From: a virus
Virus record (IMG/VR): IMGVR_UViG_3300042569_002054
Length of the DNA: 64,000 nt
Strand: one strand, 5' to 3'
The position numbers and the translations under genes were made by a program. Under the pieces are notes generated by a model. That model saw nothing but the letters and a program-made list of their open reading frames with translations, did not search any database and was not told where the DNA came from. Shown here piece after piece: positions 56,307 to 64,000 of this stretch (the stretch's first letter is position 1; each line of letters starts with the position of its first letter).

Positions 56307-58739
56307 ATGATGTCACTTAAAATTAAAAAAAGAAGTGGAGATGATTCGTCATTTAATCCACAGAAAATTTATAACCGTATTAAAAGAGCTTCAAAGGGGT
56401 TGAGTGTCAACTCCGATGAAATCTTTATTAAGGTTATCACTTCAGTACCAACTGAAGGTATTATTACTACAAAAGAATTAGATAAGTTAATCTATGAAAT
56501 TGCTGCGGCGTTTACAGGTAGTCATCACGATTACTCAAGATTAGCGTCTTCAGTTGCTATTTCATCTTATCATAAAGAAACTAATCCAAGTTTTTGTCAA
56601 ACAATTAGAGAGTTATATTCTGATGGAATTATCAATGATGGTTTGATAGAAATAATTGAAAGATACGGAGAGGAAAATATTGATAATGTTATTAATCACG
56701 ACAATGATTACAATTTTGACTATTTTGCTTGGAGGTCACTTGCTGAGATGTATCTTCTGAAATTGTCGGAAGGTAAAGTAGTTGAACGTCCACAACACAT
56801 GTATATGAGAGTTGCTCTTTGGGTAACTAATACATTTAAGGAAGCGGTTGAGTATTACCAAGCGTTATCAACTCAAAGAATATCTCCGGCAACACCAATT
56901 ATGATTAATGCTGGTACTAAAACACCACAACTTGCTTCTTGTGTTCTTCATTACAATGATTCGGATTCTCGTGAAGGTTTGTTAAACACCATGAGAGATA
57001 TTTCAACTTACTCATCTGATGCTGCGGGTATCGGACTATCAATGTCTAACATTCGTAGTAAGGAGAGTCGTATTTCATCTTCAGGTGGACACGCTGGTGG
57101 ACTTTTAAAGTATTTGAAGATTGTAAATGAGTCACTTCGTTTCTTTAACCAACAAGGGCGTAGACCTGGTTCTGCGGCAATTTACTTGGAACCTTGGCAT
57201 AAAGATATCTTTGACCTATTGGAAATTAAAAAGAATACAGGCGCCGAGGAATTAAGAGCTCGTGATTTGTTTACCGCACTTTGGATTCCTGACAACTTTA
57301 TGAACGCAGTTAAGAACAACGACGATTGGTATTTGTTCTGTCCTAATGATATAATTAAGGCGGGTATAAAACCATTACAAGAAAGTTACGGTGATGAATA
57401 CGAAGAAAATTATAAATTAGCCGTAAGTATGGGTCTTGGTAAGAAAGTTAAGGCTCAGGAGATTTGGAATAAGATTATTGAATCACAAGTTGAAACAGGT
57501 GTTCCATATTTATGTTCTAAAGATAGTGCTAACAGAAAGACAAACCATCAGAACATTGGTGTTATTAAACAATCAAACCTTTGTAATGAAATCTATCAAT
57601 ACACTGACGAGAATATAACCGCAATCTGTACTCTTTCATCTATGGTGTTAAAGAACTATGTAAAAGATGGTGAGTTTGATTTTCAGGGATTGTATGAAGA
57701 AACTCGTAAGGTTGTAAGAGCGTTAAACAAAGTTGTTAACATCAACAATTACTCAACTGAAAAAGGACGTAAGGGTGGATTATACCAAAGAGCAATCGCT
57801 ATTGGAACTCAAGGACTTGCAGACGTATTCTATTTGATGGATTACATTTTTACATCTGAGGAAGCTCGTAAATTAAATAAAGAAATTTTTGAAACAATCT
57901 ATTTTGCGGCAATCACTGAAAGTAACAGATTGTGTATGGATGGTAAGTATGAACCGTATGCTTACTTTAAAGGGTCACCAATGTCACAAGGAGTATTCCA
58001 ATTTGATATGTGGGGATTGAATGAAGATGAGTTATCAGGAAGATGGCCTTGGTCAACTCTAAAAGAGAATGTTAGTAAGTACGGAGTTTGTAACTCATTA
58101 TTCACAGCTCAAATGCCTGTGGCATCTTCAGCTAAGATTACAGGTTCATATGAAATGACAGAACCTGCTCATTCGGCAATTTTCAACAGACGTGTAATTG
58201 GTGGTGAGATTATGATTGTTAACAAGTATTTGATTAGTGATTTTGAGAAGATTGGAATTTGGTCTGAGGACTTAAAGAATGAAATCATTATGAATGAAGG
58301 TTCAATTCAAGGAATTAACTTCTTGAATTATTTGGACCCTGAAGATAAAAGATATAACTTTAAAGTTAAGAGAATTGAAAGACTGATTGAAAAGTATAAA
58401 ACAATTTGGGAAATATCACAAAAGGCATTGATTGAAATGGCGGCAGATAGAGCACCATTTATTGACCAATCACAATCAATGAATATCTACATGTCAAACC
58501 CAACATTATCAAAAATTTCATCATCACATTTCTACGGATGGGAAAAAGGATTAAAAACACTTTGTTATTACGTTAGAACAAGAGCAATCTCAACGGGAGC
58601 TAAACACTTAGCTATGGACGTATCAAAAATTAACAAACCAAAACCAACACCTGAACCACCAAAGGTTGATTACAGTTATATGAATTTACCTCCAAAACCT
58701 GAGAATAGTGAATTTGATTGTTTTGGTTGTTCATCATAA
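56307..58739 (+). CDS. nrdA: Class Ia ribonucleotide reductase alpha subunit with ATP cone
   Basis: N-terminal ATP cone, ATP..NAG, QLASC, SNLCNEI, FIDQSQS, LCYYVR, C-terminal CxxC. Confidence 0.95.
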   Translation: MMSLKIKKRSGDDSSFNPQKIYNRIKRASKGLSVNSDEIFIKVITSVPTEGIITTKELDKLIYEIAAAFTGSHHDYSRLASSVAISSYHKETNPSFCQTIRELYSDGIINDGLIEIIERYGEENIDNVINHDNDYNFDYFAWRSLAEMYLLKLSEGKVVERPQHMYMRVALWVTNTFKEAVEYYQALSTQRISPATPIMINAGTKTPQLASCVLHYNDSDSREGLLNTMRDISTYSSDAAGIGLSMSNIRSKESRISSSGGHAGGLLKYLKIVNESLRFFNQQGRRPGSAAIYLEPWHKDIFDLLEIKKNTGAEELRARDLFTALWIPDNFMNAVKNNDDWYLFCPNDIIKAGIKPLQESYGDEYEENYKLAVSMGLGKKVKAQEIWNKIIESQVETGVPYLCSKDSANRKTNHQNIGVIKQSNLCNEIYQYTDENITAICTLSSMVLKNYVKDGEFDFQGLYEETRKVVRALNKVVNINNYSTEKGRKGGLYQRAIAIGTQGLADVFYLMDYIFTSEEARKLNKEIFETIYFAAITESNRLCMDGKYEPYAYFKGSPMSQGVFQFDMWGLNEDELSGRWPWSTLKENVSKYGVCNSLFTAQMPVASSAKITGSYEMTEPAHSAIFNRRVIGGEIMIVNKYLISDFEKIGIWSEDLKNEIIMNEGSIQGINFLNYLDPEDKRYNFKVKRIERLIEKYKTIWEISQKALIEMAADRAPFIDQSQSMNIYMSNPTLSKISSSHFYGWEKGLKTLCYYVRTRAISTGAKHLAMDVSKINKPKPTPEPPKVDYSYMNLPPKPENSEFDCFGCSS

Positions 58740-58759
58740 TTAACAATATCCGATGTGTT

Positions 58760-58784
58760 ATCCCGAGCTAGGTCGGGATTTTTT
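58760..58784 (+). terminator. Rho-independent terminator after nrdA
   Basis: ATCCCGA-GCTAGG-TCGGGAT followed by a T-tract. Confidence 0.75.
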
Positions 58785-58806
58785 ATTTAAAGAGGTATTT
58801 ATTATT

Positions 58807-59574
58807 ATGTCTAATATCATACAAGAAGAAATTGAAAAAATAAGAAAAATGATGCTCTCAGAGAACATGGTTCAGGAGGGTGGTGAAAAAAAGTTAAAAC
58901 AAACTTTAGACATTCTAAAAAAGAAAAAGAAAGTTTTATTATTAAGTTGTTCAAATAGATATAATTGGGATGATAAAAATATTGATGTCCCTAAATCAAA
59001 AATCTTAGCAATGTATTTAAATGAAGAACTTGGGGATAAATCAGTTTTCATGGATGTTTCTGAATTAAAAATATTTCCTTGTGAAGGAAATGTGTCTAGA
59101 GAAGAAGGTAATAGTTGTGGACTTTTAAAATCTTTACTTAAAGATGATAAAAAAAATCCTTCAGGATACCATAGATGTTGGGCTAGTTTAAATAATAAGT
59201 CAGATGAACTATGGAAAGTATCTAAAGAACTTTTTGAAGCGGATGCTGTAATATTTTTTAGTTCAGTGAGATGGGGACAAGCAAATATGTTCTATCAAAA
59301 TTTAATTGAGAGATTAACTTGGATTGAAAATAGACATGCTACTTTAGGTGAAAAAAATATAGTTGAAGGCATTGAGACAGGATTTATCTGTGTTGGACAA
59401 AACTGGAATGGTGAAGATGTAACTAAAACCCAAATGAAAGTTCATGAGTTTTACGGATTTGAACCAAATAAGAAACTATATTGGAATTGGCAATACACAA
59501 CAGATGTTTATGACGAAAGTAAATCTTCTTACAAAAAATCCCACAAAAAGTTTATTGACGATATGGGATTATGA
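58807..59574 (+). CDS. Flavodoxin-fold NAD(P)H:FMN reductase / iron-sulfur-flavoprotein-like protein (start MSNIIQ at 58807)
   Basis: LSCSNR, PKS, IFPCEGNVS..C..HRCW, ADAVIFFSSVRWG, LIERL. Confidence 0.7.
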   Translation: MSNIIQEEIEKIRKMMLSENMVQEGGEKKLKQTLDILKKKKKVLLLSCSNRYNWDDKNIDVPKSKILAMYLNEELGDKSVFMDVSELKIFPCEGNVSREEGNSCGLLKSLLKDDKKNPSGYHRCWASLNNKSDELWKVSKELFEADAVIFFSSVRWGQANMFYQNLIERLTWIENRHATLGEKNIVEGIETGFICVGQNWNGEDVTKTQMKVHEFYGFEPNKKLYWNWQYTTDVYDESKSSYKKSHKKFIDDMGL

Positions 59575-59746
59575 AATTGGTTATTATAGGTACTCACCCA
59601 AAGGAAAACCAATAATTGATTGTATAAGTTACTACCCTATTAATGATTTTATAAACGAATATCTACTTAAACAAGAATTTGTAGAATTTGAATATGAAAA
59701 TGAAACTCCAAAAACTATTGAGGGTAAAATTATTGTTTTGATATAA
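59555..59746 (+). CDS. Small hypothetical protein, start uncertain
   Basis: Open frame fills the gap before the gp25-like gene; only a TTG start is available near the junction. Confidence 0.35.
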   Translation: MTIWDYEIGYYRYSPKGKPIIDCISYYPINDFINEYLLKQEFVEFEYENETPKTIEGKIIVLI

Positions 59747-59772
59747 ATTTAATTTTTCAGTATTTATTTAAT

Positions 59773-60225
59773 ATGGCAAATGGTGTAACATACGGTATTA
59801 CTTTTCCTTTTAAAGATTCGCTAAATGGTAAATTTTTGGATTTATCAGATACAAGTGAAGAAGAAATTAGAAGTAGTTTAATACATTTATTACTTACAAG
59901 AAAAGGTAGTAGATATTTTATGCCAAACTTTGGGACAAGATTATATGAGTTTATTTTTGAACCACTTGATAGTCCTACTTTTGACCAAATAGAGACAGAA
60001 ATAAAAGAAGCGGTTGAAACTTACATACCAGGATTAACAATTACTTCAGTTAAAATTGAACCAGCGGTTGAGACTCAAGATACTTTACAAATAAATAATG
60101 AGTCGGCAACTGAATTTAATTTTACTAATACTCCTGAAATTGAATACACCGCAAAAGTAAGAATAAATTATAATATTACAAATAATGTATTTAATACCGC
60201 AGGATTTGTAATTATTAATATATAA
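59773..60225 (+). CDS. Baseplate wedge subunit, gp25/GPW-like
   Basis: IRSSLIHLLLTRKGSR..PNFGT.L..FIFEP. Confidence 0.9.
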   Translation: MANGVTYGITFPFKDSLNGKFLDLSDTSEEEIRSSLIHLLLTRKGSRYFMPNFGTRLYEFIFEPLDSPTFDQIETEIKEAVETYIPGLTITSVKIEPAVETQDTLQINNESATEFNFTNTPEIEYTAKVRINYNITNNVFNTAGFVIINI

Positions 60226-60229
60226 AACT

Positions 60230-62101
60230 ATGATATCATATACTACAAGGGATTTTCAGGCAATTAGATTAGAGTTAATAAATTATGTTAGAACTTATTA
60301 TCCTGATTTAATTCAAAACGTAAATGATGCTTCTGTTTTTTCTGTATTACTTGACTTAAACGCTGCGGTTACTGATAACTTAAATTATCATATTGATAGA
60401 AGTTTACAAGAAAGTGTTTTACAATTTGCACAACAACCAAGTTCACTTTATAATATTGCTCGAACTTATGGATTAAAAATTCCTGGAATGAGACCATCGA
60501 TTTCATTGGTTGATTTTTCAATACAAGTTCCACCTTTTGGTGACGCTCCTGCTGTACAATCTAGTACAGGTACATTACAACCACCAGACTCTGCTTATTT
60601 TGGAATTTTAGCTAAAGGTAGTCAGGTAATTGGTGCTGGTCAAACTTTTGAAACTTTATACGATGTTGATTTTGGTAATGATTTTAATAGTGAAGGAATG
60701 GTTAACAGAACAGTAATTCCTAACTTTAACGCTAATAATATATTAATTAACTATACAATTACAAAAAGAGAAGTTGTTATTAATGGTATTACAAAAGTAT
60801 TTAAGAGAGTTATTAATACTCCTGAAACAAGACCATTTTTTGAATTTTTCTTACCTGAAAAAAACGTATTGGGTGTAACTGGTGTAATCTTAAAAGACGG
60901 TACTAATTACAACAACATTCCTTCAGCACAAGAGTTTATGGATACTACAAACTTAACTAATAAGTGGTTTGAAGTTGAGGCTTTAGCTCAGGACAATATT
61001 TTTATCGAAGACCCAACAAAACCACAGGATGAAACAGGTATTAAGGTTGGTCGTTATTATAAAACAAACCAAAAGTTTATTACTGAATATACACCACAAG
61101 GATTTTTAAAATTAACTTTTGGTGGTGGAAATACATCCTCAGATGAACTATTAAGACAATTTACTACTAATGGTACTCCTTTAGACATATCGAAATATCA
61201 AAATAACTATTCTTTAGGTTCAACACTTAAAGGTAATTCAACATTATTTGTTCAGTATCGTGTTGGAGGTGGATTGGTAAGTAATCTTGGACCTGGTTCA
61301 ATTACTCAACTTGGAACTGTGAACTTTAATGTATATGGTAGTGACCAAAATAAAGTTACTGCAGTAATTAATTCTTTATCTTGTAACAACATATTACCAT
61401 CAATTGGTGGTGCAAATTATCCAAGCATTGAAGAAATTAGAAATTTAATAACATTTAACTTTGCCGCACAAAACAGAGCGGTAACTATTAATGATTACGA
61501 AGCGATTATTAGAAAAATGCCTTCAAGATTTGGAGCACCTGCTAAAGTTGCAATTACTGAGGTTGATAATAAAATAAACGTACAAATTTTGTCATACGAT
61601 TCTACAGGAGCGTTAACTGAAGTAGTATCTGGTACAATAAAAAATAATATTGCAACTTATTTGTCAAATTACAGAATGATGAATGATTATATCCAAGTTC
61701 TTTCGGCTCAAGTAATTGATTTAGCGTTTGACATTTTTATTGTACTTAATAGTTCACAAAATCAGGGTGTTGTAATTTCAAATATAATATCAAGGATTAA
61801 TACTTATATGAGTCCAAGTAATCGAGGTATGGGTGAAAATCTTTATATATCACAATTAAGAGCGTTAATACAAAGTGAAGAAGGTGTTATTACTGTTGCA
61901 TCTATAAATGTGTATAACCGAGTTGGTGGATTATATTCATCATCACAAGTTTCTCAATCATATTCTAATACAACAACAAAAGAAATTAAGGTTATAGAAG
62001 ATACTATTTACGCAGAACCAAATCAAATTTTTAATATTAGATTCCCTGATAAGGACATTAAAGTGTCAGTTAAAAATCTAACAACAGTTAATTTCAGTTA
62101 A
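60230..62101 (+). CDS. Baseplate wedge protein, gp6/baseplate-J-like
   Basis: RDFQAIR.ELINY, QNRAVT.NDY, follows gp25. Confidence 0.85.
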   Translation: MISYTTRDFQAIRLELINYVRTYYPDLIQNVNDASVFSVLLDLNAAVTDNLNYHIDRSLQESVLQFAQQPSSLYNIARTYGLKIPGMRPSISLVDFSIQVPPFGDAPAVQSSTGTLQPPDSAYFGILAKGSQVIGAGQTFETLYDVDFGNDFNSEGMVNRTVIPNFNANNILINYTITKREVVINGITKVFKRVINTPETRPFFEFFLPEKNVLGVTGVILKDGTNYNNIPSAQEFMDTTNLTNKWFEVEALAQDNIFIEDPTKPQDETGIKVGRYYKTNQKFITEYTPQGFLKLTFGGGNTSSDELLRQFTTNGTPLDISKYQNNYSLGSTLKGNSTLFVQYRVGGGLVSNLGPGSITQLGTVNFNVYGSDQNKVTAVINSLSCNNILPSIGGANYPSIEEIRNLITFNFAAQNRAVTINDYEAIIRKMPSRFGAPAKVAITEVDNKINVQILSYDSTGALTEVVSGTIKNNIATYLSNYRMMNDYIQVLSAQVIDLAFDIFIVLNSSQNQGVVISNIISRINTYMSPSNRGMGENLYISQLRALIQSEEGVITVASINVYNRVGGLYSSSQVSQSYSNTTTKEIKVIEDTIYAEPNQIFNIRFPDKDIKVSVKNLTTVNFS

Positions 62102-62152
62102 CATCATTTATTTTTTGAAAATCGTGTGTAAACTATTTATTAAAAAACACAC

Positions 62153-64000
62153 ATGTCTTCATCTTACAGAATTAGAACAGAGTTAGGGATTGATAAAGTA
62201 ATTCAGGTAAAACTTGAACAAAATTTTGACACACTTGAATTATTGTCTTTATCAATTAATCCAAATGATACTTACATTAGAGCTTGTGCTGACTATGGGG
62301 TGGTTGTTGGTAGAGTTTTCTGCAATAACGGATTTGGTTTACCTAACGCTAAAATATCTATTTTTATTGCTTTAGATGAGGCAGACATCAATGATACTGT
62401 AATTAGTACATTATATCCATACAGAACAATTAATGACGTTAATGAAGATGGTTACAAATACAATTTATTACCTTATACACCCTCTTACACAGGACACATT
62501 CCTGTTGGGACTTTTCCTGATAGAAATGACGCTTTAACTAATAAGTCGGTAATTCAGGTTTACGACAAGTATTTTAAGTTTGTTGTTACCACAAATGGTT
62601 CGGGTGACTTTATGATATTAGGTGTACCACCAGGACAGCATACTTTATTTATGCAAGTTGATTTGTCCGATATTGGTGAGTTTTCATTTACACCTGCGGA
62701 TTTAATTAGAATTGGTAGAGCAACTGAATCACAAGTTAACGGGGCTCAGTTTAAGTTTTCTGAAAATTATAGTGAACTACCTCAAATTGTGACAATATCA
62801 AAAACAGTTCAAGTTGCACCATTTTATGGTGAACAAGAAACTTGTGATTATTATATTGCAAGAACTGACTTTGACTTAACTGCTGAAGCTCAAGTTACTA
62901 TTTTACCTACAGCAGTTTTTATGGGTTCATTGGTTTCAACAGTTGATGAAACTAAATTAGGGTATAATAATATCTATGACAAATGTAAAATCCCAAAAAC
63001 AATGGGTGACTTGTGTGACTTGACTTCAGGTCCTGGGCAAATATTGGCGATAAGACAAAGTTATAGAACTGATAGTGACGGATTACCGATATTGGAAACA
63101 GTTGAATTAGAAAATGGTGGTAAAGTAATTGATGAAAATGGAGCTTGGTTACTAGAAGTTCCAATGAACCTTGATTATGTTTATACCGATGAAGAGGGTA
63201 ATCAACAAATAACACAAAATCCTGAAGTTGGTATACCGACAAAAGGTAAGTACAGATTTAAAGTAAAATGGGAACAAGGCCCTGAAATTTCCGAACCTAC
63301 TAAAAGAGCTTATTTTTTAGTTCCAAATATTAAAGAATATGGTTGGACTAATTCAGACGACCCATATTTGGATTACCAATTTAATGAACAGATTGGTATT
63401 CCTGTATCTATTTTCATACCATCAAATTCTCCAAATGAGAATGGTGAGTATGTTTATTTATCAGACGCAGGTTTAAATCCTAATGAAACTAATCGAGTGT
63501 ATAGATTAACAGGTACGTTAAATGTTGAAAACTTTCAAATATATTACTCTGATGGTACTCAATATCTTTCACAAAATATATATCCGCAAGATTTTACATC
63601 TTTATATTTTGTTTATGATAGAATAGATGATGGTTCAGATGCAATCATCAACTTCTTAAAAATTGATGAAGATAGATTTTTACTTGAACAGTCATATGCT
63701 TTTAGTTTAGATTGGACAGACTATGCTAATGTGTCAGCCGCAATTAATTGTGAAGATACATTTATGGAACTTAAATATAATAAAGTTTACACTGTTAGTC
63801 AGTTAATGGATAGATATGTTTCGGAAAGGAGACCGTGGAATACAACAGGTATTAAAAATATTTTAGATGATAAATGTACAGGTGAATATAACAAATTTCC
63901 AACCAATGATGCATTTTTTAGAGTAAATTTTACATATATAGTGTACAACATATTCTTTGAAATTTTCAGATATATCGCAATGATTTTAATGATTATTGCT
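62153..64000 (+). CDS. Large virion/baseplate protein with a carboxypeptidase-regulatory-like beta domain (runs off the window; absent from ORF track)
   Basis: ATG at 62153 after TATTTAT; VVGRV...LPNAKISI...TNGSGDFMILGVP.GQHTL; in frame with the last codon of the window (middle section not translated by hand). Confidence 0.7.
   Translation, partial: MSSSYRIRTELGIDKVIQVKLEQNFDTLELLSLSINPNDTYIRACADYGVVVGRVFCNNGFGLPNAKISIFIALDEADINDTVISTLYPYRTINDVNEDGYKYNLLPYTPSYTGHIPVGTFPDRNDALTNKSVIQVYDKYFKFVVTTNGSGDFMILGVPPGQHTLFMQVDLSDIGEFSFTPADLIRIGRATESQVNGAQFKFSENYSELPQIVTISKTVQVAPFYGEQETCDYYIARTDFDLTAEAQVTILPTAVFMGSLVSTVDETKLGYNNIYDKCKIPKTMGDLCDLTSGPGQILAIRQSYRTDSDGLPILETVELENGGKVIDENGAWLLEVPMNLDYVYTDEEGNQQITQNPEVGIPTKGKYRFKVKWEQGPEISEPTKRAYFLVPNIKEYGWTNSDDPYLDYQFNEQIGIPVSIFIPSNSPNENGEYVYLSDAGLNPNETNRVYRLTGTLNVENFQIYYSDGTQYLSQNIYPQDFTSLYFVYDRIDDGSDAIINFLKIDEDRFLLEQSYAFSLDWTDYANVSAAINCEDTFMELKYNKVYTVSQLMDRYVSERRPWNTTGIKNILDDKCTGEYNKFPTNDAFFRVNFTYIVYNIFFEIFRYIAMILMIIA

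Larger units (their letters stand above)
18044..62140. promoter_or_regulatory. Dispersed TATTTAT(A) motif: candidate phage late promoter, 17 copies at gene junctions
   Basis: + strand at 18064, 28738, 30541, 33832, 34659, 34734, 36257, 38311, 49547, 53919, 58796, 59761, 62134; - strand at 18044, 25404, 26922, 30498. Confidence 0.65.

Noticed and set aside
21098-58739. Inteins or group I introns in polB, helicases or nrdA
   Set aside because: Lengths and motif spacing are ordinary; no intein or homing-endonuclease motifs interrupt them
443-63242. Short antisense or alternate-frame ORFs in the track (e.g. 1393-1785, 11974-12321, 17123-17569, 33899-34345, 49850-50287, 55059-55388)
   Set aside because: They lie within or largely overlap well-supported genes and show no recognisable motifs; treated as shadow ORFs
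1-64000. Alternative genetic code (TAG/TGA reassignment), as in some large phages
   Set aside because: Conserved genes (polB, nrdA, nrdB, sheath, helicase) are full length under the standard code, and TGA is used as a true stop in ATGA overlaps
30584-64000. Bacterial extracellular contractile injection system or T6SS locus
   Set aside because: Tail genes are interleaved with neck genes and a full phage replisome; no host housekeeping context
1-64000. tRNA or rRNA genes
   Set aside because: Intergenic gaps are short and mostly accounted for by promoters and terminators; no cloverleaf or T-loop signature noticed

Overview
AT-rich segment of a large (probably jumbo) T4-superfamily-like myovirus genome. 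It is not cellular DNA: there are no rRNA, tRNA or ribosomal-protein genes, and the standard genetic code gives intact ORFs. Layout: (i) 1-15.4 kb, a minus-strand island of about 17 sugar-nucleotide and glycosyltransferase genes (RmlD, RmlC-like cupin, SDR epimerase, Gmd, a shortened DegT aminotransferase, acetyltransferase, WecB, methyltransferase, GT2/GT4/GT11-like/GT17/GT47-like) with dUTPase and a 3'-5' exonuclease. (ii) 15.5-18 kb, an operon of unknown genes including a stand-alone WYL protein. (iii) A LamG-like protein with a mucin-like Pro/Thr tract, then a family B DNA polymerase. (iv) Neck genes split by a SOD::nuclease-like fusion and a SNF2 helicase. (v) Tail sheath, tube, chaperone, tape measure and giant baseplate proteins. 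(vi) SSB, UvsX, 5'-3' exonuclease, DnaB-like helicase and nrdB/nrdA. (vii) A flavoprotein and gp25/gp6-like baseplate genes. Capsid, portal and terminase genes lie outside the window. Best candidates for novelty: enzymes carrying I/L-x-E leader peptides that suggest capsid packaging and protease processing (including the SOD-nuclease-like fusion); a phage glycan island beside a mucin-like protein; a TTT-TTT-CGA +1/-2 frameshift in the tail chaperone; an unannotated RHH regulator with operator boxes opposite the sheath gene; and a TATTTAT promoter motif that seems to yield leaderless mRNAs. All family assignments come from motif recognition by eye; no searches were run.
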